DNA of 64,000 nucleotides from a virus (Duplodnaviria; Caudoviricetes): IMG/VR virus record IMGVR_UViG_3300048549_001527; one strand, 5' to 3'. Shown piece by piece: positions 47,305 to 55,563 of this stretch (position 1 is its first letter; each line of letters starts with the position of its first letter). The notes under the pieces were generated by a model. It saw only the letters and a program-made list of their open reading frames with translations, ran no database searches and was not told where the DNA came from. The position numbers and the translations under genes were made by a program.

Positions 47305-47484
47305 TTATCGTTCCACCAAAGGTTTAATATTTTGATTATCATGATAATCGCCTGAAGCATAATAGTCACGGCTCGCTTCTTCTTTAATCATATTCCCATT
47401 ACGCATACGATAGGTAATAATCTCGCGTCTAATTACACCTTCAGTGTCGGCGTCAAACGCATTCTTAAATGGTCCGTCAGTCAT
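47305..47484 (-). CDS. Hypothetical protein, 59 aa (not in ORF track)
   Basis: Manual translation MTDGPFKNAFDADTEGVIRREIITY...; GGAGAG RBS. Confidence 0.6.
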   Translation of the reverse strand: MTDGPFKNAFDADTEGVIRREIITYRMRNGNMIKEEASRDYYASGDYHDNQNIKPLVER

Positions 47485-47884
47485 TACAAACTCTCCTTCT
47501 TAAATCACTTGTGCTAAAACGGTGATCTCGTTTATTAAAATATAAATCAATACCACGTTTGCGGCAAATATCTTTGCCTGTAAAATCTTTTTCTTTATAC
47601 TCAACTCCGAGGACCCGCATATCTATGTGGTACATTGATAATATATCACAAAGATCGTCTTCTGTCAAATACGGAATGATCTCATCAACATAACTTATAG
47701 CCTTTAGTTGCGTGTAACGCTCGACAATTGTTTGAACTGGAGCGTTTTTTTCGGGGCGATCTAGCGCTGGGTTAATTTGCAAACCACAAATCAAATAGTC
47801 ACACTGTTCTTTTGCATCACGTAACATTTGAACATGTCCTGCATGGAGCAGATCAAAAGCTGATGCTGTAAATCCAATTTTCAT
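47477..47884 (-). CDS. Glycerol-3-phosphate cytidylyltransferase-like (TagD family)
   Basis: FTASAFDLLHAGH; ICGLQ..P..DRPEKN.PVQ; RDHRFSTS. Confidence 0.85.
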   Translation of the reverse strand: MKIGFTASAFDLLHAGHVQMLRDAKEQCDYLICGLQINPALDRPEKNAPVQTIVERYTQLKAISYVDEIIPYLTEDDLCDILSMYHIDMRVLGVEYKEKDFTGKDICRKRGIDLYFNKRDHRFSTSDLRRRVCND

Positions 47885-48676
47885 TTATTGGTTACTTTTA
47901 GCTGTATCAATATGTATAACATTTGACATATCCATTCTCAATTGGTTATTGTATTTTCTAGCTGATTCAATAATAGACATGCTTTCTCCATAACGCTCAC
48001 CTGTTCTACATATAGCACTTGTGTCTTTTGGAAAACAATGGCCACCAAATCCACGCTCACGTGTAATCTGAGTATGGCTTTTTCCTATCCTACGGTCTTG
48101 TGTTATAAAATGAGATACTAATGCGTAATCAACTCCAGCAGCTTCACATAAATCATAAACTTGATTAAAGAATGCCACTTTAGTTGCTAAAAATGAATTA
48201 ATAAAATATTTAGATAAAATTAATTCTTTAGGATCGGCAACTTCTAATTTACAGTTTAGCTTTTTTGATAACAGTTCTACCCAAAATGCAATTTCACCGC
48301 CGCCGAGTTGTATTACTTGTTGCTTTTTAAAATCTTCAACAGCATGGTTAGCTCTGAGGTATTCTGGTGAAAACGTAATCTGTTTATCAGGGAAATTATT
48401 TTCAATTGAGACCCATCCTTCTAAGCTAATGGTTGATTTAATTAGAATTGGAACATCAGGGCAAGTTTCAAGAACGCCATATACGTTACGCATATCACAA
48501 GACCCATCATCTTCATTTTCTGGGGTACTTACCGCAATGATGACGCAATCAGCGTCTTCGTACCAATTTGTATATCCTAAAGCAGGGTCATAAACAATAA
48601 CACTATCGTTTCCGCCAGCAAGAGCAAACGCGTGAGCCTTACCAACAAAACCGTATCCTGCTATTTGAATTTTCAT
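47885..48676 (-). CDS. UDP-glucose/nucleotide-sugar 6-dehydrogenase-like (short, lacks C-terminal domain)
   Basis: GYGFVG; IKSTI; FSPEYL; NSFLATKVAFFN; GFGGHCFPKD. Confidence 0.85.
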   Translation of the reverse strand: MKIQIAGYGFVGKAHAFALAGGNDSVIVYDPALGYTNWYEDADCVIIAVSTPENEDDGSCDMRNVYGVLETCPDVPILIKSTISLEGWVSIENNFPDKQITFSPEYLRANHAVEDFKKQQVIQLGGGEIAFWVELLSKKLNCKLEVADPKELILSKYFINSFLATKVAFFNQVYDLCEAAGVDYALVSHFITQDRRIGKSHTQITRERGFGGHCFPKDTSAICRTGERYGESMSIIESARKYNNQLRMDMSNVIHIDTAKSNQ

Positions 48677-49008
48677 ATTTTAAGCCATTCCATATTATCA
48701 AAATCTAAATCAGAGTCTTTTAGTTTTTCAACATCTTTACTAGGATCGTCTTGTAATGATTGCCATACATGATAAATGTGGTTTTCAATTACGTAAGATG
48801 ACTTTTCACAAACATATGTAGATTTAGTTGTTGTGAATATCCGAGACAAACCATCCTCTGATTCTTCATGTTTTAAAATACCACCTGAAATTTTCCATTC
48901 AGTTTTTGCGGTTCCTTCTGCCCATCCACATAATAAACGGTAGTGAGGTGTTTCGTGGTTCTTTACTTTAAATAAGATCCAACTGTCAGGGTTCCATTCT
49001 TTTGACAT
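48673..49008 (-). CDS. Hypothetical protein
   Basis: PDSWIL...YRLLCGW..G...WKISGGI. Confidence 0.6.
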   Translation of the reverse strand: MSKEWNPDSWILFKVKNHETPHYRLLCGWAEGTAKTEWKISGGILKHEESEDGLSRIFTTTKSTYVCEKSSYVIENHIYHVWQSLQDDPSKDVEKLKDSDLDFDNMEWLKI

Positions 49009-49225
49009 TTTTATATTCCATTTCTGTTAGTATTTCTTTGCCTTCTTTATCGTGGGCAATTCCTAGAGCAAGTGATTGTATGTCTTCAATCAAAACTTGG
49101 CACGCTTGAGCATCATATTTTTGCTCTGCCAAATCACTATATTGATTTCTAAGACGATGAACCATAACAGCTTTGTCTTTCATAACTTCTATACGTCTAA
49201 TTAAATCTTCAATAGTATGTTGCAT
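48986..49225 (-). CDS. Hypothetical protein
   Basis: ORF in tightly coupled run. Confidence 0.6.
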   Translation of the reverse strand: MQHTIEDLIRRIEVMKDKAVMVHRLRNQYSDLAEQKYDAQACQVLIEDIQSLALGIAHDKEGKEILTEMEYKNVKRMEP

Positions 49226-49557
49226 TACATTACGCTTTCATCTTCCCAACGGCGAAGGGTTTTAATTTTTTGCTCTTCTGTCCAATCAGCAAGATATTCG
49301 TTATCAGAATCAAATAACTTTATTGCTTCTTCCTGTGTTAAAACATTTCTATCAACGGTTTGTTCACCTAACCATTTTTGAGAAAATTCTTTAACTCGTT
49401 CTTCCATTACAAGTTCTTCAGCCCAGGTTAAAGCTTCTTTGTCGTTTCCTTCAAGTTTTGTATTTGGGTTTAATTTTTGCAATTCGCCAATTGGTACTGC
49501 GTATCTCATGCGGTGTGTTGAGACTACGGTTATCATTGCATAACGTTCATTACTCAT
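49225..49557 (-). CDS. Hypothetical protein
   Basis: ORF in tightly coupled run; KEFSQKWLGE. Confidence 0.65.
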   Translation of the reverse strand: MSNERYAMITVVSTHRMRYAVPIGELQKLNPNTKLEGNDKEALTWAEELVMEERVKEFSQKWLGEQTVDRNVLTQEEAIKLFDSDNEYLADWTEEQKIKTLRRWEDESVM

Positions 49558-49856
49558 CTTTTGCGTTTCCTTCTTTTATTTATCGGTCGCAAATGGTGCA
49601 AACCGTCTATTACACGATTAGGATATTCACCAAGGTAAGTACCCGCTACTAGATCCATAGGACCAATTAAATGTTTATGAAAGTGTTCTATTTCATTCCA
49701 TTTATCTAACATTACTTTTGCCATGTTATCAAAAAAGTAATCTGATAATATTGGGTCATCTTCTTTATAATATGCGTATGCAGCCATAAGATACCAAGGA
49801 ACCATAAGATTAATGTTTTTATCAAAAAAACCTTGTGCTTTAGTATCTAACATCAT
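49554..49856 (-). CDS. Stand-alone protein resembling domain Ia of NAD-dependent DNA ligase
   Basis: AAYAYYKEDDPILSDYFFD resembles LigA YY..D.P.ISD..YD. Confidence 0.5.
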   Translation of the reverse strand: MMLDTKAQGFFDKNINLMVPWYLMAAYAYYKEDDPILSDYFFDNMAKVMLDKWNEIEHFHKHLIGPMDLVAGTYLGEYPNRVIDGLHHLRPINKRRKRKR

Positions 49857-50384
49857 TTATGCGTCCCAACGATAAAATATATGAGCACCAAGACGGCCAA
49901 TCTGTTGAAGGTCTTTAGCCCAACGCGGACTTACATAAGTTGCATGATAATGAGTAGCTCCTTCAGTAATACCACGATATTTTCCAAACTCAAGCAATTG
50001 GAATGCAATCATTTGAGCTTCATTCCAACGATCTTGATCTTGCGGATTATCAGATTTTCCGTCGCAGTACCAGCTAAACTGGCATTTATTGCGCTTCATT
50101 GAACCATCTGAATTTTTAAGGCCTTGCTGAACAACTTCACATATTGTGTTAGGATAACGTGTATCGTACTTTCTATTTAAAACTACATCTGCAACTCCAG
50201 CTTTATCTGCAAGGTTGCTGCCACGTGCTTCATAGTATATGTTCAAAGCCAAACAGTTAGCTTCTCCTTCGTTATATAGTCTTTCTTGTTCTGCTGCAAT
50301 TACAGGTAGTGTAAAAGATCCTACAACTATTGTTCCAGTCAAAGCTGCGGATACTGTTGCTGCGATAATTTGTTTCAGTTTCAT
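49857..50384 (-). CDS. SleB-like cell wall hydrolase (Hydrolase_2) with N-terminal signal
   Basis: CLALNIYYEARG; VADVVLNR; YPNTICEVV; CQFSWYCDG; GATHYHA..V.P.W; HIFYR. Confidence 0.9.
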   Translation of the reverse strand: MKLKQIIAATVSAALTGTIVVGSFTLPVIAAEQERLYNEGEANCLALNIYYEARGSNLADKAGVADVVLNRKYDTRYPNTICEVVQQGLKNSDGSMKRNKCQFSWYCDGKSDNPQDQDRWNEAQMIAFQLLEFGKYRGITEGATHYHATYVSPRWAKDLQQIGRLGAHIFYRWDA

Positions 50385-50401
50385 TGTCGTGCCTCAATTT
50401 A

Positions 50402-50444
50402 TATTTATAGTTACTAATATAACTGATTCTATTGAGTATGTCAA
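50402..50444 (-). promoter_or_regulatory. Sigma70 early promoter with GANTC in spacer, plus late promoter
   Basis: TTGACA-17nt-TATATT; GAATC 50429-50425; TATAAATA 50409-50402. Confidence 0.78.
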
Positions 50445-50447
50445 TGG

Positions 50448-50690
50448 TTATTTTCTATCTTGCCTTATTTGGTTCAAAACATTTTTAAGTTTAAACACAA
50501 TACCAGTTTGTAGTGCTTCTTTAGACCAATAGCTTTCATCTTCAGTTAACGCATCAAGCGTATCCATAAGCATCATGTTTTGTCCACGTAAACCGTCAAT
50601 ATCGCTTCGTAGCATTGCCTTTTCAGATTTGTGTTGTTTGATTTCTTGCTGTAAGTAATGTACCCCAGCTTCATTTGGTTTGACTCGCAT
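50448..50690 (-). CDS. Hypothetical coiled-coil protein
   Basis: ORF coupled to upstream stop. Confidence 0.55.
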   Translation of the reverse strand: MRVKPNEAGVHYLQQEIKQHKSEKAMLRSDIDGLRGQNMMLMDTLDALTEDESYWSKEALQTGIVFKLKNVLNQIRQDRK

Positions 50691-52258
50691 CAGCCGTACT
50701 TCTCAATGAAATTGTAATCTGAAATATAAATCCATTTAATAAAGTCAACTTGGTCTTTACTGAAATCGTCTGCAGTGATTTCTTTTACTGTAAAGTTTAG
50801 TACTTTGTTTATTTTAAAAAAGTTATTGACTTCATGTTTATTAATAACTTGAAACTCTTTAAAGTTTTTAGTATCAACAAACATGCACTGCGGATGGAAA
50901 TGATGTACTTGATGCGCGCCTGATATCTTATGGAGATTTTTAAAGAACAAGTCTATTTTTTCTTGCTTTGTACACTCACCAAGGTTTTTACCAAACGAAT
51001 TAAAAATATCTTTTCCATAATCATAATATCTTTGCCCTTCGGTTAAGTATACGTTAATTAAAGAAACAAATCTTTCAACAGGATCTGTGAACACGACGAT
51101 AGGTGTACCTTTATCCTTTTTATTTTTTATGACTGCTTTATATTCTTTTGTATCTCTAAAAATTTGCTTTCGTTCAGGATGTGTTTCCTTAATTGTAACC
51201 GAACAACTTCTTGGCACTTCAAACCAAGTTTGTTTTTCATCAAGATCATATAATAAAGGCCATGAAAGTTTATTACACCAAAAGCATTCGCAAGGTGAAA
51301 ACTTAAATTCTTTAAACAGGTCTGTTTCAGGTAAAAAGAAATCTCTTAACTTCTGATTTTGCAAAAGCATAGATGGAAGCTTGGCAAGTGGATATCTTTT
51401 CAACACATGGTCTGCAAATCCGTCAGGAGCAGGTCCACCTTCAACTGGTTGTGTATCCTTTACAAATTTCTTATATGCCCCATCGTTATAACCATCTAAC
51501 GTTTTCATCCATTGGAGTTTATCAAAAGCGTGGGCAAAAGATTTGGCTTTTGTTTCACGTTGAGAATTTGTTCCCATCCATGCAAAGTGCCAACCAAGAT
51601 CTTGTATCATTTGTCCGCCGTGCATTGCAAACTGTAGCTTAAATGGCATATTGCCACAACGAATGTTTAACATGCCGCCTGACCTATTAACCTGGTGTTT
51701 AGTTGCCATAAACATAGCTCGTTGCCAAATTCTAAAGGCACCTGTAGATTTATGATATACTCTTAAATCAGCTCGGCCTTGCAAATAAACTAAAGGTATT
51801 TTAAGAATAGAGTGATTACTATTTTGTTGAACAAGTTCAGCTAACCACTTAACGTTTTTAGGATCTACGATTTCGTCTGCATCGCCATATATAAAAACAT
51901 CATCTGTATCAAAATCTTTCATACCTTCCATAACAGCATCTTTTTGTAGACGCTCGCGTACACGGCACAGTATAGATTCTAAGCTACTATTTCTACCAGC
52001 ATTTTGCTGGTCAATCGGCATGACAATCAATTCATTATCATCAGGAATATCATGCTCAATGTAAATGATTTTTTCCATAGGAAGGCCGAGGTTCCTTGCA
52101 ATTTCAAGAAACTTTCTTTCAACAGGCGCGCCGCTATGGGTCTTATTAGACTCAACGATGATAAAGTTATCAACCACATCTTTTAGCATATTAACTCGAA
52201 GCTGCAGAATTTCTTCGTTAGTCGGAGCAAAAAATGGAAAGCAATCTACAATTTTCAT
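50690..52258 (-). CDS. GT17-like glycosyltransferase fused to a sulfotransferase-like C-terminal domain
   Basis: N-term MKIVDCF.FF...E.L.LR...L..VVD.FIIVESNKTHSG, GDADEIV, GWHFAW; C-term WFEVPRSCSVTI, DPVERFVS, HFHPQ, IY.SDY. Confidence 0.7.
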   Translation of the reverse strand: MKIVDCFPFFAPTNEEILQLRVNMLKDVVDNFIIVESNKTHSGAPVERKFLEIARNLGLPMEKIIYIEHDIPDDNELIVMPIDQQNAGRNSSLESILCRVRERLQKDAVMEGMKDFDTDDVFIYGDADEIVDPKNVKWLAELVQQNSNHSILKIPLVYLQGRADLRVYHKSTGAFRIWQRAMFMATKHQVNRSGGMLNIRCGNMPFKLQFAMHGGQMIQDLGWHFAWMGTNSQRETKAKSFAHAFDKLQWMKTLDGYNDGAYKKFVKDTQPVEGGPAPDGFADHVLKRYPLAKLPSMLLQNQKLRDFFLPETDLFKEFKFSPCECFWCNKLSWPLLYDLDEKQTWFEVPRSCSVTIKETHPERKQIFRDTKEYKAVIKNKKDKGTPIVVFTDPVERFVSLINVYLTEGQRYYDYGKDIFNSFGKNLGECTKQEKIDLFFKNLHKISGAHQVHHFHPQCMFVDTKNFKEFQVINKHEVNNFFKINKVLNFTVKEITADDFSKDQVDFIKWIYISDYNFIEKYG

Positions 52259-52834
52259 TTATGATCTTTCTAATATTGTCAGTCCGTTATTGTTTGTTCT
52301 ATGGTCTCTAAATTTCCAATGAGGATTTACCATAATAAATTCAATAATGGCTGGAAGCAATCCTTGACCTTTGATTGCTTTACGGTTTGGATTTGAAGCC
52401 CATTCCATACTTTCGTCAACGGTACCATATGTATGAGTGTCGTGGAACGCTAAGAATTTTGTTGGTACATTGCCGTGCATAGCAAGTTCTTGTTTCAACT
52501 GAGCTTGTGAATGCCACGTATCAATAAACAACATATCAGTTGGTTCAATTTTAACTTGCAATACATCTTTAATGATATACTGTACATCTTTACCTGCTTC
52601 AAGCGCCTGCGCAAATAATTCAGTTACGCTTGCTTCTTCATAAATGTCATATGATCGTAATACTACGTCGCAGGTTAGGAATGCTCGAGAGCTCGCGCCA
52701 CGACGAACTCCCATTTCAGTTACGTGTTTACAATGTTCAGCATAGTCTTTTAAAATCGGAAGATGCTCATTAATATCAGTAGGCTTTGCGGACCACTCAT
52801 TATATGTTTGGTTTATAATTGTTTGAAAGTTCAT
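52259..52834 (-). CDS. Class I SAM-dependent methyltransferase (Methyltransf_24-like)
   Basis: SDINEHL-like TDINEHLP; VTEMGVRRG.S; DMLFIDTWH; AFHDT; NNNGLTILER. Confidence 0.8.
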   Translation of the reverse strand: MNFQTIINQTYNEWSAKPTDINEHLPILKDYAEHCKHVTEMGVRRGASSRAFLTCDVVLRSYDIYEEASVTELFAQALEAGKDVQYIIKDVLQVKIEPTDMLFIDTWHSQAQLKQELAMHGNVPTKFLAFHDTHTYGTVDESMEWASNPNRKAIKGQGLLPAIIEFIMVNPHWKFRDHRTNNNGLTILERS

Positions 52835-53856
52835 ACGTCAAGCCACCTTCTATTGTCTAAAGTCCACTGAACCACTTCAGCAATTCTTTCTCTAACAGGT
52901 TGTGGACGCCAACCCATATTCGCCATACGATCACCACTAAGAGCATAACGAAGATCATGCCCAGGACGGCTAGAATGGAAATCCATAAATTCATATTTAA
53001 GTTCCTTTCCTTGCGCGTCAGCAATAAGATTTGCAAGTTCTAAATTGTTAAGCTCTGTTGCGCCGCAGATATTAAACTTAGGACATTTAATGCCACTATT
53101 GTTTGACATATCTAAAGTGCGGTTGTGTTCTAACAAAAACATAGTTGCGTCAGCAACATCTTCGGCATGAATGTAATGGCGGGATCCTGGAATTGTTTTA
53201 CTTGCATCGCTATGAATAGTAACAGTTCCACCATCTCGTACATTCCTAATAGTCATAGGAATAAACTTTTCAGGATGTTGACGTTGGCCAAACACATTCA
53301 TTGTGTGAGTAATATAAATTGGCATATTATAAGTATTCTGATATGCAACAGCCAATTCCTCAGCTCCTGCCTTAGATGCTGAATATGGATTGGTACAATT
53401 ATAACGATCATATTCGTCGTACTTAATTCCATCTGGAGCAGGTCCAAATACTTCGTCAGTTGAAAAGTATAGAAACCGTTCAAGATTATCTTGCCGGCGG
53501 CCATAATCTAAAAGATTAGCTGTACCTACAACGTTATCCATAACAAATTCCATAGGACGCTCAATAGAGCGGTCAACGTGAGAACCCGCGGCAAGGTGCG
53601 CGATAATATCAACAGGACCAATGTCTGCTTCAAGCATTGGGTTGATTTCAGCCTTTAAATCGTGAAAGATCGTCCGTACGCGTTTGCGCTCAGTAGGAGT
53701 TCGTTCCTGAAGTAAATCATGGAGACGATTGAGATTGCCGCTATAATCTAAACGATCAAGCGTTACAATTTCCCAGTCTGTTCGGATGAGTACCTGATTA
53801 ATTAAATGGTGAGCAATAAAACCACCGCCACCAGTAATTAGAATACGTTTTGCCAT
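52831..53856 (-). CDS. rmlB: dTDP-glucose 4,6-dehydratase-like NAD-dependent epimerase/dehydratase
   Basis: ITGGGGFIAHH; HLAAGSHVDRSI; STDEVFG; YSASK; QHPEKFIP; RPGHDLRY. Confidence 0.85.
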   Translation of the reverse strand: MAKRILITGGGGFIAHHLINQVLIRTDWEIVTLDRLDYSGNLNRLHDLLQERTPTERKRVRTIFHDLKAEINPMLEADIGPVDIIAHLAAGSHVDRSIERPMEFVMDNVVGTANLLDYGRRQDNLERFLYFSTDEVFGPAPDGIKYDEYDRYNCTNPYSASKAGAEELAVAYQNTYNMPIYITHTMNVFGQRQHPEKFIPMTIRNVRDGGTVTIHSDASKTIPGSRHYIHAEDVADATMFLLEHNRTLDMSNNSGIKCPKFNICGATELNNLELANLIADAQGKELKYEFMDFHSSRPGHDLRYALSGDRMANMGWRPQPVRERIAEVVQWTLDNRRWLDV

Positions 53857-53898
53857 AATATACCTTTCATCATATTCATATTATATAAGTTTATTTAT

Positions 53899-54318
53899 TT
53901 ACTTTAGCCAACCAATCTTTTTACCATCGGCAATACGTTTTTCAGCAATTGCTTGTGAACCTGGATAACGCCATGCCCATGTAACAATTAAGGCAAACGT
54001 AATAAACAAATAAAGTGTTGCTTTTTCATTACCTGTACCAAAATACATAAATGCTAAAGATGTCGACATAACTGCAACCATTAACCATTTGGCTGCGGTT
54101 GGATATACTCTGTACTTTGACCAGTTTTTAACGAATGGACCAAACCGCGGATGGTTCATAATCCAATTGTGTAGTCTGTCACTTGATTTAGCGAAACAAA
54201 ACGTTGCGCCGAGAATTGGTGTTGACCAAGGTAGACCAGGTAGTAACACACCAAGATATGCTACACCTACTAAAATAATTCCTAGGCAAAACCAAAAAGC
54301 TTTTTTAATTTTTGTCAT
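53899..54318 (-). CDS. ybaN: YbaN/DUF454 family inner-membrane protein
   Basis: LG.ILVGVAYLGVLLPGLP.STP.L.A.FCFAKSS.RLHNWI.NHP.FGP; start re-set to MTKIKK. Confidence 0.85.
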   Translation of the reverse strand: MTKIKKAFWFCLGIILVGVAYLGVLLPGLPWSTPILGATFCFAKSSDRLHNWIMNHPRFGPFVKNWSKYRVYPTAAKWLMVAVMSTSLAFMYFGTGNEKATLYLFITFALIVTWAWRYPGSQAIAEKRIADGKKIGWLK

Positions 54319-54368
54319 ATTATTATCTTTCTGTAATCTTCTGCCAAAGAACGCAGATTCAAGTTGAT

Positions 54369-55562
54369 TCATTTAAGCACCTCTTTTAGTGCAGTTACCA
54401 ACTCAACCATCATCACATCAGTGTGATATGGCGTTGGTGCAATTCTTAATCTTTCGCTACCGACATCAACAGTAGGTGAGTTAATTGCTTGAATATAAAT
54501 GCCATATTCATTTAGCAAACGATCGCTGGCTTCTTTACATTTAAACGCATCATTAACCATTACAGGAACAATGTGAGTGCAAGCATTAGGGTGTATAGGA
54601 ATACCAGCTTCTTCAAGCATTAATTTTAATTTTTCTGTTCGTTCTTGGTGTCTGGATCGCAAGCCTGTATGATCTTTGAGAAATTTGACTGAGGCAATTG
54701 CTCCGGCGCACACGGCGGGCGATATACTTGTTGTAAAGATGAACCCACTAGCCACGGACCTAATAGCGTCAACAACAATACTATCCCCACTAATATACCC
54801 GCCTTGAACTCCGAAGGCTTTTCCAAGTGTACCATTGATAATATCTATCCTTTTTTCTAAACCGAGGTGTTCACAATAACCTGCGCCTGCATTGCCATAT
54901 AACCCAACTGCATGGACCTCGTCAATATATGTGATAGCGTTATATTTATCTGCTAAGTCAAGTATCTCTTCAATAGGAGAAACATCACCGTCCATAGAAT
55001 ACACAGATTCAAATAATATGCAAGGTACTTGTCCGCATTCTGTTGCCATAACCAATGCTTCTTCAAGATCTTCCATATCGTTATGACGGAATACAATTTT
55101 ATCAGCACGACTGTGTTTAACACCCATAATTATAGACGCATGGTTTTTATTATCTGATATAAAGCAAATATCTGGTATGATACGGCTAAGAGCAATGATT
55201 GCCCACTCGTTTGCAACGTATGCACTTGAAAACAATAATGCAGCTTCTTTTTTATGTAAGGTCGCAAGCTCGCGTTCAAGCGTAACATGGTATTGTGATG
55301 TTCCGCCAATATTACGTGTACCGCCGGAACCTGACCCTGTTTGGTCAAGCGCAGTATGCATAGCGTCAATAACATATTCGTTTTGACCCATACCAAGATA
55401 GTCGTTTGAGCACCAATTTACAATATTCTTAGGAGCGTATTTACCATACCAAATAGCTTTTGGAAAACCACCACGTTCTCTTATAATATCATTAAAAACT
55501 CTATAACGACCATCTTCTCTATAATTGTTGACTGTGTCTTTAAAATAATGCAAATGTTTCAT
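54369..55562 (-). CDS. hemA: 5-aminolevulinate synthase (Shemin/C4 pathway)
   Basis: [56 protein letters not shown] (PLP Lys); [16 protein letters not shown]. Confidence 0.93.
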   Translation of the reverse strand: MKHLHYFKDTVNNYREDGRYRVFNDIIRERGGFPKAIWYGKYAPKNIVNWCSNDYLGMGQNEYVIDAMHTALDQTGSGSGGTRNIGGTSQYHVTLERELATLHKKEAALLFSSAYVANEWAIIALSRIIPDICFISDNKNHASIIMGVKHSRADKIVFRHNDMEDLEEALVMATECGQVPCILFESVYSMDGDVSPIEEILDLADKYNAITYIDEVHAVGLYGNAGAGYCEHLGLEKRIDIINGTLGKAFGVQGGYISGDSIVVDAIRSVASGFIFTTSISPAVCAGAIASVKFLKDHTGLRSRHQERTEKLKLMLEEAGIPIHPNACTHIVPVMVNDAFKCKEASDRLLNEYGIYIQAINSPTVDVGSERLRIAPTPYHTDVMMVELVTALKEVLK

Positions 55563-55563
55563 A

